64,000 nt of DNA, from contig OY253668.1 of NCBI GenBank assembly GCA_958009085.1, forward strand, positions 992,001 to 1,056,000, given 5' to 3'. The notes below the pieces were generated by a model, which saw nothing but the letters and a program-made list of their open reading frames with translations, did not search any database and was not told the DNA's origin. Source of the DNA: Protoeuglena noctilucae. Taxonomy: Eukaryota. Each line of letters begins with the position of its first letter. The first letter of the stretch is position 1. Both the position numbers and the translations under genes were made by a program. Positions 1 through 13,091 of this stretch are shown one piece after another.

Positions 1-789
1 ACGTGGCGTCCTCCATGGTCGGCCTGCCGCCCACCTCGGCCCAGAAGCCCAGCCTCACGTAAGGCTGCAGGAAGAGAGGCGCAGTTTTAGGGGAAGGTCT
101 GTGCAAGCTGAGGATCGACCACCGCCCTTCCCGGGACCACTAGACCCAAGGCATGCCTCGCTGCATCCCCAGCAGCCCCTCACCATGTAGTCGGCCCCGT
201 CGCCGTCGCGGTGCATCGTCGTCAAGTCCACCACCGACGCTTGCGGGGTCAAGTCGACCGACGTGTCGAGGCCCCCCTCGCTCGCCAGGTCCGCCGCGCT
301 GTCCTCCGCCCGTATTCGCCCCACGTGCGCCGAGGCAGCGCTGTCACGCCGGCTGTGGCCCACGCTGGGAACCGCGCTCGCCCGATGCGACGCGCCCTCC
401 CCCGGCGTGCCGGGCACCGACTCGCCGCCCGGCGCCCCACGCGGCGTGCCCCGCGGCGGGAGGCCGGGCGAGTCCACGTCCGCGCTGTCAGTAAAGCGGA
501 GGGACATGCGCGGGTGCACGCCGCCCTCAAAGGCCGCTAGGTCCTGGAGGTGCGGGGGCCGGTAGGGACGGACCCCGCCCGCCCGCGACGCCTCGCTCGA
601 GGTGCTCGGCGCGGCCGCGCCACCCACGCGGGCCGGCTCGCGGGCCGGCGCGGCCCCAAAGCCATCGCGTGGCAGCAAAGGGCCCGCCTCCGCGCCGGAG
701 CCCGAAGACGAGCGCACGCTCGGGGTCTCCAGGCGCGAGACAGTCTCGTCTCCGCGGATGCGGTCTATAGGCGCCGAGACCGATCCCAT
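1..789 (-). CDS. Protein phosphatase 2C family, 5' part only (runs off left edge)
   Basis: Exon MGSVSAP...GADYM, GTGAGG donor near 184, CTGCAG acceptor near 65, then PYVRLGFWAEVGGRPTMEDAT, matching the PP2C N-terminal GxRxxMEDA motif. Start codon uncertain. Confidence 0.7.
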
Positions 790-1770
790 GCGTGCCTCGG
801 AGAGACGCCACGCGTGCCGCGAAAGTCGGTCGTCTCGTGCGGCGCACGCTGGCCGAAAAGGCTGTCCTGCGCCACCGCGCTGCTGCTCTAATTTGTATCC
901 TTCCAACCCGCGGCGCGTTGCTCGAATGCAGCACGTCACTCCCTCGCGCCGGATGCGCTCAGCCAGCGATCACAGCCTACTGCGAGGGGGACGGGTGGGT
1001 TGCTCGCCAACACCACACGGTGCGCATGAAGAATAGTAGCGCCCGGGCGCAGGAGTGTGCGGGGCCGAAGCAGGGCGTGGAACGCGCAACACGTGCGATG
1101 AGTGCCGCAAGCTGTGCCACATGCCCCCACGAGGCTATAGACGGGGTCCCCCACCCTTACCCACAGTCCCACTTACCTGATGCACGTAGCCCTTCATGGA
1201 GAACGCGCTATGGCAGTCGCCCAGACCGCCATGGGGCCCGGCAAGCGTGGGCAGGCTGACGTGACAGCTGGCTGAGGCGGGAGCCCCGCCGCCCCTCCGG
1301 ACCAGATGAGGGGAGCTAGCTGACGACAGCGGAGGCTTACAAGAAGCACGGGAAGTCCCACAAGCTTGAACCACGAGCTGGTTTTTGACTCCGGGCCTCT
1401 GAGGCGCGCGGAAGCCAGGCGAGAGTCGCGCGGGCCGTCTTCCGTTCTCCAACCACACGGGACCAGAGAAACGACTCCAGCGCGGCGTGCGTGCGTGCAG
1501 CCGAGTCTGACGAGGCCCAGAAAGACGGTCTTTGTTTGATTGCTGTGCACTACTGTTCGAATCGTCGCATATGAACACGGGAACGGCCAACTAAGGCAAC
1601 TTGCGGCGCTTCTCGGTTCCTGCAAGTGCGAGTCAGGCGTCGGACTTGCTAATCGGCTTGGTCTTTGGCAGTGATTTCTGTGCGATTACGGGACGATAAC
1701 GCGGCGTCGTTGCGGGGGCTTATGCTTGGCTGCAGCGGCCCACGTGTGGGTGCGGAGGGGTCGGATTTCC

Positions 1771-4074
1771 ATGGCTCTGGCGTCGGCAGTCCCGGCGCCC
1801 CCTGCGGCCCGATCGGCCCTGGCGGCCTCGATCGCGTGCCCTCCCTCTGCATGCGTCTGCCCGCTGCACCTGCGGAGACCTTTCGTGCCGGCTAGGGTCC
1901 GCGATTCGCAATCGTCGCATGGGCCTTTGCGTGGCTTGTCAAGGCTAGGGGTGGGGCGGATCCCGCGAGCAACTACGGTGACGGACGCCCTGTATGTCGA
2001 CCTCGCGTCCGGCTTGGCGCGTGTGGGATGGCACTGTCGCGTTGCATGGCCAGCTCTGCCCTTCCTTCCGCAGGGCGGGGGCCCCGATGCTGGTACGGAA
2101 GATGGGGTCATCGTCGTGGGCGCTGGTCTGGCGGGCCTGGCTTGCGCCGTCAAGCTCGCTGAGCGAGGCGTCAAGGTGTGACTCCCATGACACCCAGACA
2201 CGGCCTGCCATTGCTCGTGCGCCTCCCATCCCCGCACCTGCACCTGCACCTGCCGCAGCACCCATGAGCCCAGCCTGCTGTCCCCGCCTGTTCTGTCCAG
2301 GTCACAGTCCTCGAGGCCAGCGACGGAGTCGGGGGCCGCGCCCGCACCGACGTCGTGGACGGTTTCCTCCTCGACCGCGGTTTCGCCATCGTGCTGTCGT
2401 CCTATCCCGAGCAGAAGGCCATGTTGGATTTAAACAAGCTCAATCTCAAATCCTTCTACGCCGGGGCGTCCGTGAGGTACCAGGGCACCTTCCATCGCGT
2501 GGCAGACCCGTTCCGGTGAGGGCACAGATCCTGGGATGCTGTGCTCCTGACCAGGGGCTCAGATATGGATGCCGAGTTATTGCTGTGAAACCTTGGGAGA
2601 GCGTGCTTTGTCAAGTGGGCACTGCGAGCATGCGAGAACGCATCTTACGGTGCCCGCAGCCACCCGCTTGACGCCCTCGCCACCCTGTCCCCCTCGCATC
2701 CCATCGGCACCCCGATGGACAAACTCCGCGTGGGCCTCCTCCGCCTCAAGGCCCTCGCCACCCCCGACGCCGCCCTCCTGAGCGGCCCCGACTCCCCCAT
2801 CGCCGCCGCCCTCCCCGCCGAGGGTTTCTCCCCGTCCATCGTCAGGGGATTCTTCCGCCCCTTCCTCGGCGGCATCTTCTTCGACCGCGACCTCGGCACC
2901 ACCTCCCGCCTCTTCTATTTCGTGATGAAGATGCTCGCGTCCGGCAGCAACTGCCTGCCAGAGCGCGGCGTGGGGGCCATGGCGGAGCAGCTCGCGGCGC
3001 GGCTGCCGCGCGGGGCCCTGCGCCTTAGCCAGGCCGTGGAGAGGGTCGACGCGGCGGGGGCGGGCGTGAGCGTGAGGACGCGTGCGGGGGAGACCCTGCC
3101 AGCAAGCAAGGCCGTGGTGGCCGTGGACGGGCCGGAGGCGGAGCGGCTGCTGGGGGCAGCCGTGGCGGAGGGGAGCCGGGCGTCGCGGACACCCATGGCA
3201 AAAGGTGGGGGCGGTGCGGGAGCGGTTGCCACTTATCGGACATGCGATGGTCCTGTTCACTGGCCTCTTGCTGCCCCACCTTCACTTTCCACTCGTTTGC
3301 TCCCACTCCCTGGCATCTCTCCACCCCCAGGCGTCGGCACGGCGTGTGTCTACTTCCGCGCCCCCCGTGCCCCCACCGCGGACCCCGTGCTCTTCCTGAA
3401 CGGCGAGGACGAGGGCATCGTCAACAACTGCTGCTTCCCGTCCAACGTGCAGCCCTCGTATGCGCCGCCGGGGCAGGCCCTGGTGTCTGCGTCCACCGTG
3501 GGAGTGCCGGACATGAGGTGAGGTGCGGTGTTGTTGCTGATAAGACTTGGGACATGCCAGATATGAGGTTAGGCACGCTGTTGTGGATGATGATAAGACG
3601 TGGGCCAGGGGTGCGCCACGTGTAGCTGCGGCTATCTCGCTTCGCGTGACGCGTCGCCGCCTTTGCCGCAGCGACGAGGAGCTGGCAGGGGCCGTCAAGG
3701 CGCACCTGGCGGAGTGGTTCGGGCAGCAGGAGGTGCAGACGTGGCAGTTGCTCCGGTGAGACGCAGTCAGCCTCGCATGTAGCGCACCAGCAGAACCTTG
3801 GAAAGTCTGCAGTTGCATGGCAGTGTGCACGCATGTCCGGGAACACCTCCCGTCGTGGCATCGTCATCCAACGCATTCTCGTGCTCTCCATCGCAGGGTG
3901 TACCGCATCCCGTACTCGCAGCCCGTGCAGGCCCCCCCAACGGACCTGGAGCGCCCCGTGAGCCTCGGCGGGGGTCTCTTCGTGTGTGGGGACCACCGGG
4001 AGAGCGCCACCCACGACGGGGCGCTGCGGAGCGGCAGGCGCGCCGCGGAGGCGGTGCTGGCGGAGCTGAGCTGA
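1771..4074 (+). CDS. FAD-dependent oxidoreductase, amine oxidase/phytoene desaturase-like family, probable plastid transit peptide; multi-exon
   Basis: VIVVGAGLAGLACA (GxGxxG), VLEASDGVGGRARTD, GFLLDRGF and C-terminal LFVCGDHRESATHDGALRSGRRAA; GT-AG introns join the exons. Confidence 0.9.
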
Positions 4075-4152
4075 GAGGTGCTGGGATGAGATAAGCCGAG
4101 CTGAGTTTAGTTGAGTGGAGTGGAGCTCAGCTGAGTTCAGTTGAGTGGAGTG
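4064..4152 (+). repeat. Degenerate pentamer array (GAGCT/GAGTT/GAGTG) at the stop codon and 3' UTR
   Basis: Visible run gagctgagtttagttgagtggagtggagctcagctgagttcagttgagtggagtg. Confidence 0.55.
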
Positions 4153-4445
4153 CGGTGGCTTGCGACTTTTGCCTGGTGATGTGCGATGTCGCGTGGTGAG
4201 CAATTGAACGAGAAAGCTTCGCAGCGACGCATTGATCCCATGCCATCTTCACATGCGTGCAAGCCCTCATCATTCGTGCCAATCAGTGACACTGACTGTC
4301 CCACCCCCGCCCCTCATCGCCGTCCCACCATCTGCGCCACGGTCTGCAGCAAGCCCGTCTGCTTTTCGCGCCCCCCCGCGGCCCTCCCTCTCGACGTGGC
4401 ACTCCTGTCCATCAGCTGCATGCGCGCACGCGGTCACCACCTTGG

Positions 4446-5040
4446 TCACAGGTATGAGCGACACCACAGGTACCCCCAAGTGCGGCCATCCATATCCGCC
4501 ACTGCAACTTTGGCATCCCTCAAGCCACCGCCACGCACCTCGGTCATGACCTCGTCGAACCCGCGTGCCACCGTCTCACACGCAGGGCCCCCCAGGACGC
4601 GCGCCGCCACTGCCCCCGTGCCGCCGCTCTCCACGTCGCTCTCCGACCCCACCGGGGGTGCCAGGGTCCCCACCACGCGCCAGTCCTCATCCAAGACCAG
4701 CTTGATCCCCTCGCTAAGCATTGCCACCATGACCGTCTCCTCCCCGGTCCCTACGTTCTCCAGCCGCACCCGCACCGTGTCGGCGCGATCAGGGAAGGCC
4801 AGCCGCGGCACGGGGTCCGGCTCGCCGGGGTCCTCCGAGAACTCCACCTTGCACCCCGTGAAGGCCCCCGCGCCATCCAAGGTGGGGCCGCGGGGTCGCT
4901 GGCGCAGGCTGCGCAGCAGACGCCAGGCGACGACCGCCAGGGTGGCCGCCAGGGGCAGGCCGATGGCCACGGCCGCACACCAGAAGAGGAGCGTGAAGGA
5001 GGGGCCCGAGGAGGACGCCGGGGATGGGGTGGACTTTGCT
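4446..5040 (-). CDS. Hypothetical single-pass membrane protein (5' exon unresolved)
   Basis: Hydrophobic stretch FTLLFWCAAVAIGLPLAATLAVVAWRLL followed by a globular-looking region; no family recognised. Confidence 0.4.
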
Positions 5041-5568
5041 TGAGAAAGAGCTCGGGTGGGACTTTGGAACGTGCCTGAAGGTTAGAAGGGGCAGGTGGAT
5101 TTAGATGGCGGAGCGACCGGGCCGGTCGGGGCCCGGCGCGCGCGGCGCGGATGGGATGACTGTCCGGCCCACGCTGGGACCTGCAGCCTCACGCACCCGG
5201 CGGGAGGGCCTTCTTCAGGAAGGGCTGATCCTGGGATGTCAAATGAATGTCAACCATTGTAATGGTTGCTTGCGGGAGGGACTGAACACAGCGCGGGCGC
5301 CGCCGGGCTGGACGGGCAATGGAGAGGCCGCTGAGCGCAAGGCCGCTGGTCCCAGGTACCTCAACGATTTGCTTCGACGACAGTTATGCTGGACGTTTGA
5401 TAATTGAGTGCAACCGCTGCCGACACTCGCGCGGAGAGCCCCGTGCCCCTTCGGGTCGTCAACCGGCCGCTCTGGCACGCCGGTCGTTGACGCGCGCGCA
5501 GCGGGTCGCTAATCGTGACATTTCAATAAAGCAGCCATCACGGACCATCACGCTTGTCCTATCTCCCC

Positions 5569-7303
5569 TCACTTCCGGCGCCTGCGGTCCTCCTTGAACT
5601 TGTCCACCCACGGCGAAGGCGCGGGCCAGCTCCCTGCGAGCGAGATCGGGCGAGTCGACGCGTCGGTGGCACCTGCAACTGAATGCGCGCACACGCAGCG
5701 GCACTGAGCCACCCTGCGCGCCTCTCACCGGACGCCTTGACCGGCTCGGAGGTCGTCTTGGCCGTCGGCACGGACTTGTTCTCCCTCGGGCCGTACTTGG
5801 TGTCGCAGCTGACCCACCAGTCCGTGGGCGCCCTCGCCGCGCGCGACGACCGCCGCACCTGCGCTGGGGGGCACCTCGCATTGCGACGTCCAGCAGCTGC
5901 TACCACGTGCGCAGTGGGCAGTGAGCCTGCCTGCTTGCGCCAGCCACGTGCACGGCTGCCATGCCTCGCCGCACCTGCTTCCCGTCCACCTCTTCCTCCC
6001 TGAGGCCGAAGGACATGATGGACTGCCGGCGCTCCACCTCGGCGCGCCACAGGTGCCGGGCCTTCTTGGAAGGGCGGGGCGCGGGCGTGTGGAAGGGCGA
6101 GAGCGACGGNNNNNNNNNNNNNNNNNNNNNNNNNNNNNNNNNNNNNNNNNNNNNNNNNNNNNNNNNNNNNNNNNNNNNNNNNNNNNNNNNNNNNNNNNNN
6201 NNNNNNNNNNNNNNNNNNNNNNNNNNNNNNNNNNNNNNNNNNNNNNNNNNNNNNNNNNNNNNNNNNNNNNNNNNNNNNNNNNNNNNNNNNNNNNNNNNNN
6301 NNNNNNNNNCCGTGGGACGAGCGAGCGGGAGCTGGCGGACCCTCACTTGGCTCGCAGCGCCCTCGGTGTCCCTCGCAGCAGGGGGCAATGCGCCGTACCC
6401 GCCCGCGAGCCCTGCGCCGCGCGTTTCCAGCTCGCGGATGCGATCCACGAGGTCCTGTAGGTCTTGCGGCAGGGGACCAGAGCGGGGAACCCCCGTGAAG
6501 ACTGCGCCAGGCACAGGTGCTGCCGGGCGCGGCCTGGGCGGGGAGGCCTTGGGCGCAGGGGAGCGGTTGCGGACCGGACGGCAAGCAAACGCGGCGTCCT
6601 CTTCCGCTGGAGGCGAGGGCGGCGCGGCGTCAGGGCGGCCGGACTCCGGCGCAGGGGAAGGTGTGGGTGCAGTGGGGCCTTGGGGGGCGGCGTGGGCGCG
6701 GTGCGCATCGCAACGGCCGGCGGCCTGAGCCTTCCTGCGAGACGCACGTCGGAGCAAGGCGGATCGCGCACAAGATTGGGCCCGGACTGGCAGACAGGAG
6801 GGAGCAGGTGGGCATGTGTCGGGCGTGGGTGTCAAAAGGAGGAGGAGGCGTGCGCCGCGGCGACGACGCAAGAGTATGCCCCTTCTCTCACTTAGCCGCA
6901 GCGAATGCCGCGTCACGCCTCCGGATTTCCTCCGCCGTCATGATGGTGATGTGGAAGGTACGCTCGGACGGGACCCGCCCAGAGCCGCGGCGCACCAGCT
7001 CCGCCATCGACTTGAAGAGCAGCACGCGGTCCCGGCGTCGTTGCTGCATACATGGCGGGAGCGGGGGCGGCTGAAGCGGGTCCGAGTGGGACGCGGCCTG
7101 CCGTCAAGCGCGACGACACTCGCGAAGGCCTCCCGGACGCGCACCTTGACGACTGGGAAGAAGGTCAGCCGCGGGAGCGCAGCAAAAAGCGACTCCGTCA
7201 TCTCCTCGCGGCCGACATTCGCCTTGGCGCCGGGCGGAGCCAGCGGGTTGAACGTGTGCGCCGGGGCCGTGTTGGACCGGTCGCCGAAGACGACGCGCGA
7301 CAT
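5569..7303 (-). CDS. CENPC: Centromere protein C (CENP-C)-like; multi-exon, 200-N gap inside an intron
   Basis: Spliced RRQSIMSFGLREEEVDGKQ/VRRSSRAARAPTDWWVSCDTKYG aligns without gaps to the plant CENP-C motif (VRRSxRxxxxPxxYWxxxxxxYG) and its upstream RxS(L/I)xxxG block; ends WVDKFKEDRRRRK*. Confidence 0.65.
6110..6309. other. Assembly gap (200 N)
   Basis: Run of N. Confidence 1.
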
Positions 7304-7734
7304 GGCTGAAACTGCAATATGCGGGGCAGGCTCACGGCAGCAATGGCAAAGAACGGCAACCCGCAGCGGCCCTGGGGGACTGGCGGTGGCCTGAGATGGC
7401 CCAGTTAACAACGTTGCCCGGGCGCCTCGGCTGACGGGGGAAGGAGCGAGAACGCGACCCAACGAGCAGTATATTGAACATTCGTGACGGTATGGTGAGC
7501 GACGCATGCGTGTAGACGGCAGGACGCGGCGAAAAGCCAGTCCCGGCGCCAGTCCCACGTCTGACAGGAAAGTTCAAGAGTGCGCGGTGGAGCAGGTTCG
7601 CCGCGCACGCGAAACGCCCTTCCTTCGTTCGCGTCACTCGGTCGCCGTGTCTCGCACGCTGTTAAGCCAGGCGCACGACCCCCAGCGTTTCGAACTCCCG
7701 ACGAGGCCCGTGATCCCCATTCGCAGCAGCTTCC

Positions 7735-9617
7735 ATGATTCCTTTGATCGCTTTTACGACGGGCGCACTGGCGTCCCGGATTGTCGGGGCACGGGGGGAG
7801 AGGAACGGCACGGCTGCTGAGACCAAGCTCCAGGAGGTCGCGGCGGAGGCGGAGGTGAGCTCCTTGGGGAGGCATCGATCGCGTTCTGGTCCATGCAACT
7901 GTGCGTTGATCAGGGCAGCTGCTTGGGACGGAAAGCCCCAGCTCGAGGCCGCGCCGGGCCGCCCCCCCGGTTGTTGACCGCTGCATGTCTCGCCCCACCC
8001 TGGACTCCCCGCGCACCACGGCTCCCCGCCTGGCGCGCTATCGAAAGCCTCTAAAGTAGCCGAACCTCGAGTTATCGGCCTCTGTTTCACTGCGCCGAGA
8101 TCACCACGATATGCCACCCACGCGCCCGTCCCAGGAACTCCGTGCATACCTTGCCAAGGAGAGCGGCAACTCTGACGAGCTGCGACTCAAGAACGAAGAC
8201 CTGATCCGCAGCGTGGAGGCCTTGAAGGCCCAGGTGCCTTGGCATGCCTGGGGCTCGGCCTCGTGCTCGGAACGAGAAGCGCCGCTTTGCATGCCGAGGC
8301 TAGTGCGCCCCGGCCACTGCACCCGCCGACGCGCCTCGGCACGCGCAGGCGACGGAGATGCGCCGGCAGAACGACGGCTTGCGCACCGAGAACGCCGAGC
8401 TCGTCTCGCGCACCACGGAGCTGGTGGACCGGCTGGCGGCAATCAAGGCCGAGAGGGAGGACCTCGCGGACCGCCTGACGCGCGCAGAGGTGACGCAGGG
8501 CAGAGGCAGTGCGGGTGGCGGGCTCGCGTTGCGGCACTCGCACCGACTGGGTCGCTGCTGACCGTCACGCAGGCCTCGGCGGACGAGCGCGTGGCGTCGC
8601 TGCGGGCGGCCGTGGAGGGCGCCCTGTCCAAGTTTGCCCAGCGCGCCTGCTCCCTGTCGGAGCTGGTGTCGTCCCTGGCCTCGCTGGGCCTGCAGCTGGA
8701 CTTTGAGGAGGACCAGCTGGTGCAGGCGCTCATGTCCGAGCACAAGCGCGACCCCGTCGAGCTCGTCCTGCTGTCCGGGTGGATGGCGAGGCTCCGGGAG
8801 GCCGTGAAGGACGCACGCAGGTGCGGCGGAGAGCCACTGCCTTTCTGACTGATGGCACCCGACCCACACAGTGTCCTGCGACGTCACTGGTCCGCGCCCC
8901 GCCCCTTCTGCAGCCCCGACGCCCTGGTGTCCCCTGGCACCCCCGGCCCCCTGGGACTGGAGGGCAACCCGACCCCCCGCGGCCCCGCAACCCTCGCGCT
9001 GCCCGGGCCCATCGCGGACCCCTCTCGACCCCTGGCGCGCTCCCTCACCGGCACCCCCCGCGTCCCCGCCCTGGGCGCCCCCACCCCGCGCCCGGGGGAC
9101 TCGTTCGAGGCCCGTGCTCTCCGCGCCCTCGCCAGCCGCGGCGCGGCGGGGGCCAAGGCCCCAGAGAAGGCATCGCAGGACAAGGCGAGGGCCCATGCGC
9201 CATCCCACACCGCTGCCGTCACAGCCCTCGCCCCGCCCGCCCACCCGCCGTCTGCGGCCGCACGCGCAGGGCTCCGGGTCGCCCGCGGCCACCGTCGTGT
9301 CCCCCGGGGAGCGCGTCCCCGGCCGCAAGCCCCTGGCGGCCCTTGGCGCCAACACCGACGCCCCGAGCCCCATCGCCAAGCCGGACGGCAAGGGCGGGCT
9401 GACCCTGACGCGGACGCTCGAGGCAGCCCCTGTGCACGGCTCGGCGCGCGCCCAGGGGGGGTGGGGCTCCTTCTTTGGCCGCCAGAGCAGTGCGCCCGCC
9501 GCGCGCACGGGCGCTGCGGCGGTGCAGGGCTCGGCCGGCGGGGACGCTGCCGTGGCCCCGGCGCTGCCCGCCGGCCGCGGCATCGCCGCAGCGGAGAAGG
9601 GCTTGAGTGTGGTGTGA
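7735..9617 (+). CDS. Hypothetical coiled-coil protein with Pro/Ala-rich C-terminus; multi-exon
   Basis: In-frame exons ELRAYLAKESGNSDELRLKNEDLIRSVEALKAQ and MRRQNDGLRTENAELVSRTTELVDRL show heptad periodicity; GT-AG junctions. Confidence 0.6.
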
Positions 9618-9799
9618 CCTTGTTCCGTGACTCGGGGCGTGACTCGCTGTTAGGCTGACATCAGCGCCGCCAGTCTTTTGAGATGTGACCTCTCTGCCTG
9701 CGCCGCTCGCGGGGACTTGTGCGAGGCATCAATCGCCGGCGTGCATAGCCACCCGGCGTGTAAAAGAGCGGCCGCGGAAGTTGCTTGGGTCGGGGTATT

Positions 9800-10721
9800 A
9801 TGGCGGGCCCCGTGGTTCCGTGGCAAAGCCGCGTGCCGGTCGCCGGTGTCGCGTTGCACACGCATCGTCATTGTGGTCTGGCGGTGGTGCGCGCGGGGAT
9901 TATCCGACGCTATGCGATTTGGACCAGCGTCTCGCATACGCTGCTCATGGATGCGCGGCGCCGGCGCACCTGGGCGCTGCCGGCCGGCGCGGACTCGTCG
10001 GGAGACTCGAACGATGTGGAAGCGGCGAGGAGACGGCTCACGGACGCTCTGGTGGCTTCCGAGGCGCGACCCATCACAGGGCAGGAGCTGTGGGATACGG
10101 TCAAGTGAACGCGCGGGCTGCTGGCTTGCAGGCGCCATGGAATTGTCGTGTGCATGTGATGTTATGCGCGTGCTTGCTTGTAGGAGCAAGTTCGGCGCCA
10201 GCTTTGACGTTCGGCTCGTGCGGAGGGGCTATCAGATGTACCTCCACGTCATGTGGCGGTACCTGGAGCAGCAGGTGAGCGGCCAAGCTCCATACTTCAG
10301 GGTGTCCGTTGTGATGGGCCCCTGTTGTGTGATAAGTTTGCATGCTTGCGTGCACCGCAGAGCTTCCCTCTCACCCCCGACGAGTACCTGATGCAATTGG
10401 ACGCGGTCGCGGAGTACCTCAACTCCTGGGTCTGCCAGGACAAGTGAGGCGTGCGTTTATCATGCCGTGCCGCTTTGGCGGGTCCCTGGACGCATCCAAG
10501 GGCGCCCCAGTCCCGCTCTTTGCTGCGTCGACCGTGCCACGCATTGGTAGGCCCCGAGCGTGATGCCCTGGAATGCGTATGTGCGTCGCAGGGTCCGACG
10601 GGAGATCATGGCGGCCAAGAAAGGACCCGGGATTGGCCCGGGGGGGGCGCGGGCGGTGCAGATCCGGCTGGACGTGGACTTTGGCAATGCGGGGGAAGGA
10701 CGCAGCAAGGAGTGGACTTGA
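9800..10721 (+). CDS. DUF3067 family protein (cyanobacterial/plastid type), 4 exons
   Basis: TGQELWDTVK-SKFGASFDVRL-MYLHVMWRYLEQQ-SFPLTPDEYLMQLDAVAEYLNSW...AVQIRLDV...RSKEW*. Confidence 0.85.
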
Positions 10722-10957
10722 CCGTCGCTTGCCCTCATGCCTCGCACTGCACGGCACTGCGCTATCCGTTCTGTCAACTCTAGGGAGTAGCTCACGCTAG
10801 ACAGCATGCTGACTCCCCACGCTGGCGGCTGGCCAGTCTAGCTCTCAACGCACCCGTGCCAATGCGCGGCATCCAACCAGTCTCTCGCACGCCTGCAACC
10901 GCCATGGCAACACCCCTGCAGTCCTCTCCCACTCGAGACACCACCCGGCACTTGCTC

Positions 10958-13091
10958 CTAAGCCTTGTTGTACAGCCCCGGGGTCTTGTCCGGGAAGGCG
11001 TCGCGGCCGTGGGGCACGTCCAGGCCGAGGTCGGGGCAGATGGGGATGATGGCGAAGCTGTTGATGAACTCGTGCGAGGTGAAGTAGTGGCCCCTGCGGG
11101 ACGCAGGAGGGGCGGTGAGAGGTGTCGAGCGAGCCATCCCCATCTCACGTCTGTAACCGATTATCCGTTGCTTGGATGGCTGCAGCAGCAGAACCTCCAC
11201 CACTAAGCCAGCGATCAACGAACAACCCCGCGTCTCACCGGATGTGGTCCATGCGGATGACGTCCTTCATGCCGGGGAGCTTGTAGACCTCGCGGGTGAA
11301 GGCGTGCAGGTGGGGGTACTCGCGGAGGTCCCGCTTCGTGCACTTGAAGTGCTGCACGTAGACGGCGTCGAAGCGCACCAGCGTCATGAAGAGGCGGAGG
11401 TCTGCCTCGGTGAAGCGCGTGCCGTCCCCGGCCATCCAGCGCTGGCGGGAAAGGATCGACTCGGCGCGGTCCAGGGCTGCGGGGGGTGCGGAGGCACGGG
11501 GTGTCGTGACAAGGGGAAGGAGGAGCCATTGGCTGTCAGTGAGGGTGTCAGTGAGGGGACGTCGCCTCGCCCTTGCCTCCCATCGCGTCAGTGAGGGGCA
11601 GCGGCATCGGGTGTCATGGCGGGCGCGACACGGAGCCCACAGGAACATAGAGTGGTCTGGTGTGCGCCCTGCGTTCGCCACTCACCCTGGAAAAGCTCCG
11701 TGACTGCGACGTCGTACGCTTCTTGGCTCCGGGCAAAGCCGCAGCGGTAGACACCGTTGTTGATGCCGGGGTACACCCAGGCGTTGACCTCGTCGATGGC
11801 GGCGCGGAGGTCCTCGGGGTAGAGATCCAGACTGGGGTTGCGCGCCAGGTGGTCGAACTCGGCGTTGAGCATGCGGATGAGCTCCGAGCTCTCATTGTTG
11901 ACGATGGCCTTGGTCTTCTTGTCCCTGCTCGAGGGATGGAGACGTTGGTAGTTGATAACCAGTGGCCCCTTGGATGGGGAGAGGACAGCTCTCAGTCACC
12001 GTGCCCTGTCATGATGTGCGGTGCTTGCGACGCGGGGCATCTCACCAGAACACCGGCACGCTGTACTTGCCGCCCTGGTCTCCCACCATCTCGTACAGGT
12101 CCCGGATCGTCTGCGGGCACTCGCCAAGGGGTGCATGCATCCGCACCAGACGCGCCAACCGGGGCGTGCCGGCACGGTGTGGAATTTGCTGTGCTTGACA
12201 GGGCCCTTCACAGTGAGCCACTCGCCCCGGCGTTGTTGACCGTGTCGGGCCGCAGGAGCTCGTCGCAGGGGAAGCTCCCCACGCCCCATGCGCTGGACAC
12301 GGGGGGGTCGCCCGGCTTGCGGAAGGCCCAACCGACGTGGTTGTCCACGCCCGGGCGCGTCCGCTGCATCACGGGGTGCACCACGGACAGGCCAATGTGG
12401 TCCTCTGCGAGCGGAGAAAGTCGGACTCTAATCGGCATGCGCAAATGCTCCTCTCGCATTCAGCAGCATGGATCAATTTCCTCGGACACCCACCGAGGCC
12501 CTTCAGCTTGATCGTGGCGTAAGCGCGGCACGCCCAGGGGCAGGCGTAGGCGATGTACAGGTGGTACCGCCCGCTCTCCGGCTCATAGGGGCCGCCTGTG
12601 GGCGGAAGAAGGTGATGGTGTGCTGCGTGACGCCGCGAAGGCCGGGGCGACTATTCTGGCCGATTCGCGCGACCATCTGCACAAACATTGGCCCAGTAAC
12701 AAGGCTGCCCCTTTGCGATGCCGTCTGTGTGCCCGAGATGCGCGCATCGCCGCATTACAAACACTCATCGGCGGATGTCCTAAGGGCCCGATGCCCGCCA
12801 ACGGAGCCATCACAAGCCCAGATGGGAGGTGCGATGGTTTGTCATCGATAATATCATGCTGTATGAACAGTCTTGACGCGCGATACGCCCCGGATTGCGC
12901 GCACCTTGCTTGACCCAGTTGCGGTGCACGCTCTCGGAGCGCACGAACTCGCCCCCCTTGGCCACCTCCTCCATCGCAGTTCGGGCAGGACCAGCCACCA
13001 TAGCGGAGTGGGCGCGGCGCGGCGAGGCCCGGGCCAGGCAGGCAGGATGGGTCAGAGACAACGGCAGCAACCGGCGGGAAAGGATGGACAT
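10958..13091 (-). CDS. Glutathionyl-hydroquinone reductase (GST Xi/omega-like, YqjG/ECM4 family)
   Basis: RYHLYIAYACPWA catalytic motif, IVNNESSELIRMLN, INNGVYRCGFA, FTEADLRLFMTLVRFDAVYVQHFKC, HYFTSHEFIN. Confidence 0.93.

Noticed and set aside
1171..1179. ACTTACCTG resembling the U1 snRNA 5' end
   Set aside because: It is the reverse complement of a CAG/GTAAGT donor; no U1 stem-loops or Sm site follow.
6110..6309. N gap hiding a feature
   Set aside because: It falls inside a predicted intron and its content cannot be assessed.
8300..9583. Long antisense and overlapping ORFs here and throughout the track
   Set aside because: Ala/Arg/Gly/Pro-rich translations without motifs, expected from stop-codon scarcity at this GC content.
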